Part shown: positions 1 through 9,541 of the stretch, piece by piece | How positions within the stretch are numbered: the first letter of the stretch is position 1 | Layout: each line of letters begins with the position of its first letter | Virus record (IMG/VR): IMGVR_UViG_3300046328_001173 | Strand: one strand, 5' to 3' | Length of the DNA: 64,000 nt | Source of the DNA: an uncultured virus (IMG/VR IMGVR_UViG_3300046328_001173) | Taxonomy: Duplodnaviria; Heunggongvirae; Uroviricota; Caudoviricetes | The notes under the pieces: model-generated | The model's input: only the letters and a program-made list of their open reading frames with translations | The model's database searches: none | What the model was told of the DNA's origin: nothing | Program-made: the position numbers and the translations under genes

Positions 1-545
1 ATATAGTATTTAGTTATTAAGATTTATTTTTATTATTTTTATTATTTTTATTGAATTTTATTGATGATAAATTTAATGTTGAAACTTAAAAGTTAAACTT
101 TACATTGAAATATTAAATGAATTTTAAAATAAATTAAAAAACAATTAGTAAATAACAAGTAATAATTGAGAGGTTTTAATTTAGATAGTTGATTAAGAGA
201 TTAAAGGGACAGTTTTGATTATTAAAGTTAATTATTAAAGTTAGTTATTAAAGCTAGTTGATGGATTTAATTTAGTTAATTTAAAAATTTAGAAACTTTA
301 AAGAGGACTTTTATTGAGAAATTTTATTGAGAACTTTTAAGAATTAATTTTGAAGAACTTTTAGACTAATTTTAGATTAGTTTTAGATTAGTTTTTAGAC
401 TAATTTTAGGACTTACTTTTACGATTTACTTTAGAAGATTTGAGAAGATTTTAGAAATCTAGTTTAAACTGTAATAAATGGAATATGCTTTTAAATTTAA
501 AATTTTATTGAATTAGTTTGATAGGATGTGGATTGATTTGTAAAA
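1..545. repeat. Low-complexity, C-poor AT-rich non-coding region with short tandem repeats (TTTTAGAYTAR-like units at ~359-410)
   Basis: No ORF; repeated ttttagactaa/ttttagattag units. Confidence 0.6.
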
Positions 546-641
546 GGTATAGTGTAAAGTACCCCTACCGTAGTTGGGCGCGGGAAAGGACAGAGGTATC
601 AACGTAGATATTCTGTTATTCTTTCTTGCCAACTTTCAAAA

Positions 642-1997
642 ATGCCACAAGAAACAAGAGTTCCATCAGTATTCGCAACAGCAAATGTATCATTTACTTC
701 TGCATTAACAGAAGAACAATTGCAAACAGAATTTTCAGGTATGGCGGTTACTCGTTCAAAACCAACAGCATCTTCTGATGATGTTCAAGCGGGTCTTTTC
801 AATTTAATGATGAAATTTGCAAACTTAACTTATGCTACTTCACAAGGCGTAGGTGCGTTAGCTATGAATTTCAATCATAGAGGTACGACAGACACAGGTT
901 TAGTTGCAAGAGATACGGCGACTTTGAAATGGTTTAAAGATCAAGGTCTTTACATTGGTGCGGAAGACGCAACCAAAACTACTTTCAAAGGCAAAAAATT
1001 TGTTGCAGTTTTGTCCAAATTGGCAGGTGATGACCGAAAAATCAAAACTATTACGGAAGACGAATTTAGCCCTAAAAGCAATATTCTTTGCCCGATAGGT
1101 AGTTTTGCTACACCTGAGGCAGTCATAGCCCATTTTTCGGATATTATGACTTCAAATGTCAAAAAATTGCAATTAGCAAAACTAGTGAAAGATACATTGG
1201 AAATTGTTGAACCTAATCCTAAAACTCACGTAAAAGTGACGATAGAGAAAATTTTAAGCAACGACCCAACAAAACCAACGACAGACGAAGCCAAAGAACT
1301 TGTCAAATTTATTGGCAAACAATTTGCAGGACTAGCTTTTCCTTTGGGAACAATTGATGGCGTTACTTTAACTGCACCTATTGGTCAGCCAAAAGAAGTG
1401 CAAGTAGCTTATAACGGAAAACCAGTATACGCCCCACAAGTTGAATTGTACAAAGCAAGAGTATTTGACTTTGTTACAGGTGAATTGGTCGCAGAAGGAG
1501 TTTTAGACAGCAAAGATTTGTTTAATACAATGGCTTTACCTGTTTCATACAAATCAATCTCTTCGGAGTATTTGGAGAAAAATGAGGCTTTGTTGGCACA
1601 AGCAAAAACAAGCAATTTGCCAATTTTTGGTGTTCATAAAGCAGATTTTGAACACATCTTGCAATTTGATATCAAGAAATCTTTTGAGACAATAGGCGAA
1701 AATTTGATTATGCAAATCAATTTAGATGCTGTTTGTCTAAAAGGAAAAGGTTATGACGAAGCTAGTGCAGATCAAAAATTGACAAGATGTTTGTTTAATT
1801 TCAGAGGAGAAGTAGTAAAATTGGATACTTTGTCAGACGCGACTAAGAAAGCTGTTGGACATTTTTCAGATCCTGAAAAACTAGAAGCAATTAAAAGCAA
1901 AATAGCTGCTGATGATCTTGCTACTTTAAAAGGGGCTCTTTTAGATAAAGAATATTTCAGAATTACGAAATTATTCCCTGCTTTGGCAATTAAATAA
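642..1997 (+). CDS. Hypothetical protein, 451 aa
   Basis: Long uninterrupted ORF, A-rich leader, followed by terminator. Confidence 0.9.
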   Translation: MPQETRVPSVFATANVSFTSALTEEQLQTEFSGMAVTRSKPTASSDDVQAGLFNLMMKFANLTYATSQGVGALAMNFNHRGTTDTGLVARDTATLKWFKDQGLYIGAEDATKTTFKGKKFVAVLSKLAGDDRKIKTITEDEFSPKSNILCPIGSFATPEAVIAHFSDIMTSNVKKLQLAKLVKDTLEIVEPNPKTHVKVTIEKILSNDPTKPTTDEAKELVKFIGKQFAGLAFPLGTIDGVTLTAPIGQPKEVQVAYNGKPVYAPQVELYKARVFDFVTGELVAEGVLDSKDLFNTMALPVSYKSISSEYLEKNEALLAQAKTSNLPIFGVHKADFEHILQFDIKKSFETIGENLIMQINLDAVCLKGKGYDEASADQKLTRCLFNFRGEVVKLDTLSDATKKAVGHFSDPEKLEAIKSKIAADDLATLKGALLDKEYFRITKLFPALAIK

Positions 1998-2002
1998 TTC
2001 TA

Positions 2003-2038
2003 TAACCCTATGATTAATTTCATAGGGGTATTTTTTTT
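2003..2038 (+). terminator. Intrinsic terminator
   Basis: CCCTATGA-ttaatt-TCATAGGG hairpin followed by T run. Confidence 0.85.
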
Positions 2039-2279
2039 AATCAAAAATTCGCTTCCCAAAGATAGTGCTTTGATTTTTTATTATTAAATTTTGTTTTAGC
2101 TTAGTTCTTTGATACATTTTTTCTGCGTGTACCAAATAACTTATACTTAAAATACTTGAATACTTTGATACCCAGAAACCTTATATGGTTAGCTGATATT
2201 GCATAGAATACTTGGTAGAGCGGTAGAAATTTTTAGGTTTACGCTCTTTAATATAAACCTATCACTAATAATTATTTAT

Positions 2280-2323
2280 ATACGTAATGAAATTGTTTAA
2301 TAACGTTTCATTACGTATTTTTT
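2280..2323 (+). terminator. Intrinsic terminator-like hairpin
   Basis: ATACGTAATGAAA/TTTCATTACGTAT stem plus T run. Confidence 0.7.
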
Positions 2324-2325
2324 CT

Positions 2326-2423
2326 TAACATAGTTCTAGCCTTTGCTATGTTATTATAATTGCCTGATGAGAGCTAGACGAAACAGTATTAGAAGTAGTT
2401 ACTCTAATAGATTATGGTCGCAA
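2326..2423 (+). ncRNA. Type I hammerhead ribozyme with 1-bp stem II and pseudoknot
   Basis: Stem I TTGC/GCAA; core CTGATGA (2364-2370); G-[AGCTAGA]-C; GAAAC; stem III; GTC cleavage triplet 2417-2419; loop II GCTAGA complementary to TCTAGC in upstream hairpin loop. Confidence 0.85.
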
Positions 2424-2439
2424 ACTAAATTTTATTTTT

Positions 2440-2601
2440 ATGTCAGCATTACAAACAAAAGTAATAGAAAAAGTGTTACAAACATTAATTTCTAATGGAA
2501 CTCTTACAGGAGCTAATTTGCTTTCTGTTTTAATTCAAGGAGAACTAAATCAAGAAAAATTAGAAGATATTCTAAACAGATTTATTGATTTAGAAAAATA
2601 A
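2440..2601 (+). CDS. Small hypothetical protein (53 aa, MSALQTKVIEK...)
   Basis: ATG to TAA, below ORF-track cutoff, directly downstream of the hammerhead. Confidence 0.7.
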   Translation: MSALQTKVIEKVLQTLISNGTLTGANLLSVLIQGELNQEKLEDILNRFIDLEK

Positions 2602-2643
2602 TTTTCACATCTTCAAGACAAAGCTTAATGTCTATAAATAAGT

Positions 2644-2675
2644 AGCCTAGTACATCGTGTATTAGGCTTTTTTTT
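2644..2675 (+). terminator. Intrinsic terminator
   Basis: AGCCTAGTACA/TGTATTAGGCT stem plus T run. Confidence 0.8.
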
Positions 2676-2698
2676 CAAACTTTTTATTTATCAAATTT

Positions 2699-3187
2699 AT
2701 GAAATCTCATATCTTAGAAACAAATTTTACGTCTGTATTAGGTGTTGTAGTAGAATCTGTCCAATTTTCAATCGAAGTTAGACAATTTGTTGCGCATATA
2801 GCAAAAGCACTGTTAAGTGAATTGAATTACGGTGATTATAAAGCTCGTGAAGCTGAATTAGGACGAGTTTATGCTAAAATTCAAGATGTGTTTTATTTTT
2901 TTAATGTAAACACACATATTAATTCAATGCAAATACGTAACGCCATTCGTGTGTTAGATATGCGTATCAATCATTGTGAAAACTCTTTGAAAATAGGAGA
3001 TTGGACAAAAGCAGACTCGCATCCACAACATTTTGAAGGTATTACAGAGAAGACTAGAGATAGTTATATTCGTAAAGACTTTGGTATATTTGCAACTCTC
3101 TATAATGGAAAAACTATGGAAGTAATGTTAGCTACAAGACAAATCCTTGTAGATTCATTAATTACAATAACACCAGAATTTGAGTAA
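2699..3187 (+). CDS. Hypothetical protein
   Basis: ORF track; typical leader. Confidence 0.85.
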   Translation: MKSHILETNFTSVLGVVVESVQFSIEVRQFVAHIAKALLSELNYGDYKAREAELGRVYAKIQDVFYFFNVNTHINSMQIRNAIRVLDMRINHCENSLKIGDWTKADSHPQHFEGITEKTRDSYIRKDFGIFATLYNGKTMEVMLATRQILVDSLITITPEFE

Positions 3188-3564
3188 TTTTCACCAAACC
3201 TATACAGTCTTTTATTAATGGATAATGTAGGTTTAAATTTGAATCAATGAAACACCTCTTAATACTTCCAGTTCTTTTATTCTTATCATTATTAGGAATA
3301 AATAAGTTCTCTATTTCCAATCCGCCATTATGGTTAATTAGTATTTTAACTAAGAATGTTGAAGGAGTGGGAAAGAGTGTATATTCTATTGGTTTCTCAA
3401 AAGAACTGATGGAAATGTATGAAGTAGATGAGTATCAATTAGGTAATTGGTATGTGAGAATATTCTCAGAAATTGTTTAAACAACTTTCACCACTCAATT
3501 GAAGTTCTAGGTATCTTGTATTATAAAGATTCTAGTTTATAGATTGAGTATAATTTTAAATCAA

Positions 3565-3882
3565 ATGGCACAATCAGTTATTGAAGTTGTAACAAAAGTA
3601 GTAAGTCCAATTGAGCAAATTCTCTTGGCAATAATAAATTATAATTATCATTGCGACAGAAAAGTTCTATTGAAAGTAGTTCCAGAATGTTGTTATCTAT
3701 ACGACAAAAAATCTGGTACAACTCAATTCGTAGAAGAGGTGATGAAAGCTGTTGAAACATTGGGAACACTAGATATTTCACAACAACCAGAAGAAATTGG
3801 AGCAGTTGGTCAAGCTTACTTGATTGATATCAATGTTCTTTTAGGTCATTTTGGTTTTGCACAAGATGAACCAAATGATTAG
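3565..3882 (+). CDS. Hypothetical protein (likely start ATG 3565)
   Basis: ORF track; aaatcaaATG leader. Confidence 0.8.
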   Translation: MAQSVIEVVTKVVSPIEQILLAIINYNYHCDRKVLLKVVPECCYLYDKKSGTTQFVEEVMKAVETLGTLDISQQPEEIGAVGQAYLIDINVLLGHFGFAQDEPND

Positions 3883-3933
3883 TAATAAAGAGGTGTAACA
3901 GCCTCTATTTTTTCACAATTAATTTTAAATCAA

Positions 3934-4314
3934 ATGTCAAAATCGCCAATAAGACTACTTCCAAAAGTAGAACTAGGTACAATAAACTTTTGTTTTACTG
4001 CTCTTAATCACCTAAGAAGTCAAATTAAAGGACAACACCTTTGTATGACTAAATCAGGTAAACTTGAAAACCCGTTAGAAAATGAGTTGAATGGTAATCC
4101 TTGGTTATGTGAGCTTTCTTTAATTGAAGATGAGGATTTATTTAATTTTCTCTCTCAATTTAAACCGTTGATAGCTTCTCAAAAGAGGTCTGGTCAAAAG
4201 AATTATCCACCAATGAGATGGTCATTACGTAATGGTTTAGCCGTGTATTCTTGGTTACCACTGAATAAAGAGCAAGAAGAGTGGTGTTTGAATGAAACTT
4301 TAAAAGGGGTGTAA
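3934..4314 (+). CDS. Hypothetical protein
   Basis: ORF track. Confidence 0.8.
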   Translation: MSKSPIRLLPKVELGTINFCFTALNHLRSQIKGQHLCMTKSGKLENPLENELNGNPWLCELSLIEDEDLFNFLSQFKPLIASQKRSGQKNYPPMRWSLRNGLAVYSWLPLNKEQEEWCLNETLKGV

Positions 4315-4368
4315 TAGCCTTTATTTTTTTATTTAGTGACACCACTTTAAATTAATTCTTAAAGCAAT

Positions 4369-4436
4369 GCTCTTATAGTTTAATGGAAAAATCTCTGATT
4401 ATTCAGATGTTCTTGGTTCGATTCCAGGTGAGAGCA
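4369..4436 (+). ncRNA. tRNA-like RNA with a 4-nt anticodon loop (no readable anticodon)
   Basis: Acceptor GCTCTTA/TGAGAGC, D-arm, TCTGA-TTAT-TCAGA, T-arm CTTGG-TTCGATT-CCAGG, discriminator A. Confidence 0.8.
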
Positions 4437-4461
4437 ATAAACTTTTTAATACCCCAAAACT

Positions 4462-4770
4462 ATGAAAACTATTATCGCAAAAGTTCTGATTCCTTCATTT
4501 GAAGTTGCAGTCAATGAATATTTGAAACAGCCTGCTTTTGCTAATGATTTTGAGAGAGGTTTAGTTAGAGAAACTTTATCAGAAGTTTGGGAAGACAATT
4601 CTCATTCTTTTGCTAAATACGTTCCTAAACATTTATTACAACCTGAGACAACAGAAGTTGTTTTGGAAGATGTAACAAGAATCTGGCAAAATTATGTCAG
4701 AGTAATGTGGAAGGGTAAAGTAGAGAAAATTTGTGAAATCGATTCAATTGTGTCGTATATTCGCAAGTAG
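4462..4770 (+). CDS. Hypothetical protein
   Basis: ORF track. Confidence 0.8.
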   Translation: MKTIIAKVLIPSFEVAVNEYLKQPAFANDFERGLVRETLSEVWEDNSHSFAKYVPKHLLQPETTEVVLEDVTRIWQNYVRVMWKGKVEKICEIDSIVSYIRK

Positions 4771-5332
4771 TCTTGATTATTAAACTCTATCATTGATTTG
4801 GTAGGGTTTTTTAATTTTAAATTAAAACTAAAAAATAATAAATATGAAACTATTCCCAATTTGTGAGTGTGATAATGAAGAAAAAGCAGTTAAAATAGCT
4901 TCTTTTTTTGTTAATAAAGGACTAATTTTCCATTATGTTTATACTGGAAATTCTAGTAAACCTTATTTGGTAATTTCAAATCAAGAAGGTTTAACTGCTT
5001 TTGAAAAATGGACTATGGAAAATACAAAATAAGTCCTTTTCCTATTATTGAGTGCAAACTCTAATAGATTTTACTGGTTTTAGGAAATCAGATAATAAAA
5101 AAATACGTAAAAAAAGATATTAAATACAATACTGTTTTATATAAGGCAATCGGTAAAAACATTTGGAAAAGATGTTCGATTTTCTCAAACAGAGATGTAG
5201 ATAATTATATATACACGCGATTCTAAGCGTGTATATGTACTTATCGAAATACATTGAAATAAAGAAGTACATCTTTTTTTTGATAAAGATCTAAGGGCAA
5301 ATGAAAAATAAAACTCACATAAATTTTTAACA

Positions 5333-6259
5333 TTATTGTTGTTTTATCATGGTGAACTTACCAGATTTGTATTTTATTAGGTTATTCTCTTTAAGGATAT
5401 TCTCTAATAATTCTTTTCTGAAATAACTTTCACTCTTGTCTAGTCTTTTACAAAAAACATCAATAAAGTTTCCCATTGAAATAGGAAAAGTGATATCTAT
5501 TAATATATCAAGATATTTTTGTTTCTTATTTTCCTCTGTTTCTTTGATATCAACTACTTTCTTAAACATAGTAGTCTGTTCATCAAACTCTACAAAGAAA
5601 TCAAAGCCTTTTCCCTCTCTTAATTTTGTAGACTTTATTTTATATTTATGTTTGTATTGTGCAATAGCTAATGAAGCAACACTTTTTTGTTCTAAGAATG
5701 AACCTAAGTGTCCTCTTGCTTTTGCATTAATGCCTGCGTCTTCGTTCTGATGAATTATTAATATTATAGAACAATTATAATCTTTTATTATCTTATTTAA
5801 TTCAGATAGTAGAGTGGTTGAGTTGCCTATATCATTAATATTTTCAATGAAATCTGCAAATTGGTCTATGATAATTAGATATGGTGGGAATTCTTTACAA
5901 GCACTATTCACTGAACCTAATTTATCAGGAGTATCCAAATCCCAAAACATTAATAAATCTTCTTTATCTTGACTTACTTGTTCTAAAATCTTTAATAGTC
6001 TTTTTTGAAGATGATATTTAGACATTTCAGTAGAGAAATAAAGAATTTTTTTATCAGGAGGACAAGGTGTGTATGTTAATCCTAGAGTATCTTCACCATT
6101 AAGAAGACCTACTAACATATTCATTACTAGTCTAGATTTACCTGAACCTACTTCACCTTTTATTAAACAAAAAGAGTTAGAAGTCAATATTTCAGATCCA
6201 TCATTTTGAATTACAATAAGTGGTTGCATATAATTAGAATTTCTTGTTATGTGTTCCAT
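5333..6259 (-). CDS. AAA_25 / RepA-like (RecA-fold) ATPase/helicase
   Basis: Walker A GEVGSGKS, FSTE, Walker B IIDQFAD, IIHQN...ARGHLGS motifs. Confidence 0.8.
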   Translation of the reverse strand: MEHITRNSNYMQPLIVIQNDGSEILTSNSFCLIKGEVGSGKSRLVMNMLVGLLNGEDTLGLTYTPCPPDKKILYFSTEMSKYHLQKRLLKILEQVSQDKEDLLMFWDLDTPDKLGSVNSACKEFPPYLIIIDQFADFIENINDIGNSTTLLSELNKIIKDYNCSIILIIHQNEDAGINAKARGHLGSFLEQKSVASLAIAQYKHKYKIKSTKLREGKGFDFFVEFDEQTTMFKKVVDIKETEENKKQKYLDILIDITFPISMGNFIDVFCKRLDKSESYFRKELLENILKENNLIKYKSGKFTMIKQQ

Positions 6260-6304
6260 TGATTTGTTTTTAAATTAACACTGTTACATATATTTTATTA
6301 GGTA

Positions 6305-6338
6305 CAAATGTAACATATTTTTTTAAGATAAAATCAAA
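6305..6338 (-). promoter_or_regulatory. Bacteroidota-type sigma70 promoter for the AAA_25 gene
   Basis: Minus strand TACATTTG (-7 box) with TTTG ~22 nt upstream. Confidence 0.55.
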
Positions 6339-6490
6339 ATAATTGAAAGAAAAAATGAAAACAACACAGTGTCCACAGCACTTTAAAATAAATAGTCTCT
6401 GATGACTGTGGTGTTCCTGATGCTGGAACTTAATAGAAAAATAGCAAATAGACTTTTAGTAAATCCCAAACCTTTTTAAATCCCCTTAAA

Positions 6491-6931
6491 ATGGATATCA
6501 CAAATATCAAATCTCAAGCAATCCTTAATCATTTCTTTGGAACTCTTACACCTGATACAAAGGAAGTAATTGCAGTTCAAAATACTTTGTATAACAAAGG
6601 AGAAGAATCAATTGCAATGAGTATTGAACACGCAATTCAGTTCATTGAAGAAGATCAGCCAGAAGAGTTAACCTTCTTTAAAACTGAATTAAAGACTTCT
6701 GATGAATGGTTGTATTGGTCAATAGAAGAAAAAGAAAACATTGGAAATTGGAAGCTATTATTTACAGATTCTATTTCTAAGAATGGATTCTATGAATTCA
6801 TTGCTGTAAATTCTGATTACGGTGCGGTATTTGGACATTTGAATGGAGAAATCTATTCAACTTCAAATGAAGCTATGAAGAACTTCTTTGAGAGTTATGT
6901 TCCAGTTCAAGTGGATTGGGATAGAGATTAG
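6491..6931 (+). CDS. Hypothetical acidic protein
   Basis: ORF track. Confidence 0.85.
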   Translation: MDITNIKSQAILNHFFGTLTPDTKEVIAVQNTLYNKGEESIAMSIEHAIQFIEEDQPEELTFFKTELKTSDEWLYWSIEEKENIGNWKLLFTDSISKNGFYEFIAVNSDYGAVFGHLNGEIYSTSNEAMKNFFESYVPVQVDWDRD

Positions 6932-7001
6932 TTTTGATATATAAAAAGAATAACTTAGAAGAAGTATTGATCTAAGTTATTCTCTTTTGACTTACTGTGC
7001 T

Positions 7002-7541
7002 TTAATTCTCTATAGAACCTTTATAAAAATATTTCGAATTAAGTTGAAATATATTTCTAGATTTAGATAGAAGTAATCCTTTCTTTACAAGGTTAGATAA
7101 AGCATTATTAAGTGTTCCCAATTTAATGTTTAGTTTACTCGCTAATATTTGTTTAAATGTTTTAATTAAAGCAAATTCAGTATTAGTAGAATACATTAAC
7201 AATAATTGGCAATATAGTTTTATCTCTGGCAAAGAAAGACTAGAAGAAAAGAGTTTTAGTAAATCAGATGTAAAGATATGTGAAGGAGATTCTATTTCAG
7301 TTAAGATATTCTCTACTGTTTCTTTTAAAGCCTCTGTTGCTTCAATATTAAACCATTCACCTCTAATTTTATTAGATTGAAAATGTTTATGAAGTATTGA
7401 TTCTTCAATATAAGAACCTTCAATTGTAAATAATACTTCTAATTTCTCAGAAGAACCTGTTTGTAATTGTGATAGTCTTTTGGTAATGTTCTCTGTTACA
7501 CCTATTTTGATGTGATGAGAGTTGGAGATGAAGTATATCAT
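7002..7541 (-). CDS. GIY-YIG (T5orf172/MUG113-like) nuclease fused to a RepL-like winged helix
   Basis: IYFI..IKIG.T..I.KRL.QLQTG..E..LH..F...RGEWF; C-terminal FQLNSKYFYKG. Confidence 0.8.
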   Translation of the reverse strand: MIYFISNSHHIKIGVTENITKRLSQLQTGSSEKLEVLFTIEGSYIEESILHKHFQSNKIRGEWFNIEATEALKETVENILTEIESPSHIFTSDLLKLFSSSLSLPEIKLYCQLLLMYSTNTEFALIKTFKQILASKLNIKLGTLNNALSNLVKKGLLLSKSRNIFQLNSKYFYKGSIEN

Positions 7542-7571
7542 AGTAAATTTTATTATGTTAAACACTATATA

Positions 7572-7579
7572 CAAATATA
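7572..7579 (-). promoter_or_regulatory. Bacteroidota -7 promoter box for the GIY-YIG gene
   Basis: TATATTTG on minus strand ~30 nt upstream of ATG 7541. Confidence 0.45.
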
Positions 7580-7713
7580 TTAAATATTTTTTAGTGTAAC
7601 TAACAATTTAAAGTAATTCTTTGTTTTAAACTACCATACTAAGTTTCAAAGGCTTAGATACATTATAAATGTATAGTAGTGAGGAGAACAAACACGTGTA
7701 AAATCAACTACAC

Positions 7714-7744
7714 TTGGAATACAGACAAAAATCTGCTATCTTTG
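7714..7744 (+). promoter_or_regulatory. Bacteroidota-type sigma70 promoter
   Basis: TTG-N20-TATCTTTG, 24 nt upstream of ATG 7769. Confidence 0.7.
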
Positions 7745-7768
7745 TTTATAATTTAAAAAAAAATAAAA

Positions 7769-8608
7769 ATGAATATAAGTAAATTAAAGCCAGGAATGGT
7801 AATCAAGAATTACAAAGAATTATGTGAATTGTTAGAAGAGAAAGTGAAAAATGGTGCAGCTAAAGTGTATCAAATGAAATTATTTGATACATTAGTAAAA
7901 TATAAGAAAGTAAAATATAGTTTTCATATTGAAGAAATCTATAAAACACCCACCAAATTGCTGAATAAAAGAAACATATCTACAAAAAGATTTACAATTA
8001 AATCAAGATTTTCTAACTATAAATTATTTCTTTGTAACGAGTCCAACAAAGATTTATCTTGTAGATCAATAGAGAAAATCAAATTTAGATGTCAAAACTG
8101 TTTCGCTTTAATTAATAAAAAAATTTGTAATGTTTTAAGAAAAAGTGAACCTATTTGTAATAATTGTAAAGCAGAACTAAACTTAGCAAAATTGTCTATG
8201 TATGAAAGAAAAATATTTAACGAATTAAAATTATTTAATTTGTGTTTTGATAGAGAAGTTTTAATTGATGATCTTAAAACTTCTAATGGAGCATATAGGT
8301 TCGATTTTGTAATATATAAAAACAAGATTCCTTATGTAATAGAATATGACGGAGAGTTTCACGATATAACAGAATCTATAAAAATAAATGATTTAATAAA
8401 AACTAAATATTGTCAAGAAAAAGGAATAGAGTTATTAAGAATAAACTACAAAGAAAAACTTAATTGGAAATCAATATTATACGAATTTTTAGCTAAACAT
8501 AACATTTGTAATATTGATAGTTTAGTAATCTCTTTGTCAGAAGAAAAAGAAAAATTATTAGAAAGAATAAAAGAAATTGAGTTTGTTTTAATAAAGTATA
8601 AAATGTGA
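7769..8608 (+). CDS. Putative PD-(D/E)XK endonuclease (DUF2726/Vsr-like) with Zn-ribbon, homing-endonuclease-like
   Basis: CxxC...CxxC; YRFDF...IEYDGEFH...D..K..YC...GI.LLRI.Y. Confidence 0.75.
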   Translation: MNISKLKPGMVIKNYKELCELLEEKVKNGAAKVYQMKLFDTLVKYKKVKYSFHIEEIYKTPTKLLNKRNISTKRFTIKSRFSNYKLFLCNESNKDLSCRSIEKIKFRCQNCFALINKKICNVLRKSEPICNNCKAELNLAKLSMYERKIFNELKLFNLCFDREVLIDDLKTSNGAYRFDFVIYKNKIPYVIEYDGEFHDITESIKINDLIKTKYCQEKGIELLRINYKEKLNWKSILYEFLAKHNICNIDSLVISLSEEKEKLLERIKEIEFVLIKYKM

Positions 8609-8914
8609 AATAGCTGTAAAAAGTTGTTTCACAAAAAATTTATTGAAATCAAAAATACCCACACAAACAACACAATTCCAATAATTATTCCATTCAAATG
8701 CACCCTAAATAAAGGAATTTTACTGAGAGATATCAAGAGAATGGTAAGAATATTAATTCCATAAAAATTAATTTTCAATTCTCTCTTCTCATCTACTTTT
8801 TGTAGAAAATGGATAGATATATTTATGACAAGTTCACCTAATAAAAACATTTCCCATTTTTTCCTCAATTCCACCAAATTTCTTCAATTTTTCATAAGAA
8901 GGAGTAAGAAGTCT

Positions 8915-9080
8915 TAAAAAAGAATTAAGTAGTTTTAAGAAGAATTAAAAAAGAATTAAAAAAGGATTAAGTAAAAGAGTGTTAAGGATTAAGAAGTATT
9001 AAGGAATATCGAAATAATATCGAAATAATATTGAAAAATTAGTTAAGAATTAAGAAGGATTAAGAAAAAGTAATTGAGAT
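8915..9080. repeat. Purine-rich degenerate repeats (AAGAATTAA-like; TATCGAAATAA x2-3)
   Basis: Visible repeated units in a long non-coding gap. Confidence 0.6.
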
Positions 9081-9541
9081 TGATGATTAAATTAATTAAT
9101 TTCTCTCTCTTAATATCTTATTTTATTCTATTCTAAAACAACTCTTTTCTGGAACAACTGGAAAAGCACTGAAAAGAAAAAAAGGGGAATTCATTTGATT
9201 TAGTTATTCATTTAACTCTTTATATTTTATTTAATCTAAGAAACCTCGATTCCAGACAAGAGGGTTCAAAAATCACGGCTCTTTTGGCTGGGATTTGATT
9301 TTTGAACCCGTTCAACAAATTAGGCGACAATCCAGATAAATTTCAAGATTTTTAATTCACAAGAATATTATTAGTGAAGAAAAAGTGAAAGAAAAAGAAA
9401 TCCAAGAGAAATTTTTAAGAAGTATTTTTTAAGAAGTTCTCTTCTCTTATATACAGGTTGTATTTAATCCTCGTATGTAACTACCAATAGATGTATTGGT
9501 GTAGCTTGTAAATGTTTTTTAAGGTCTAACAAGTGAAATAA

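Noticed and set aside
359..410. CRISPR array
   Set aside because: Units are ~11 bp with no unique spacers, and no cas genes are present.
642..1997. Major capsid or other structural assignment
   Set aside because: No recognisable motif, and no structural gene context.
4394..4407. Ochre (TTA) suppressor tRNA
   Set aside because: The loop is only 4 nt, and no canonical 7-nt loop with U33 can be formed.
8629..8877. Minus-strand 82-aa ORF
   Set aside because: It lies in low-complexity sequence with a GTG start and is probably spurious.
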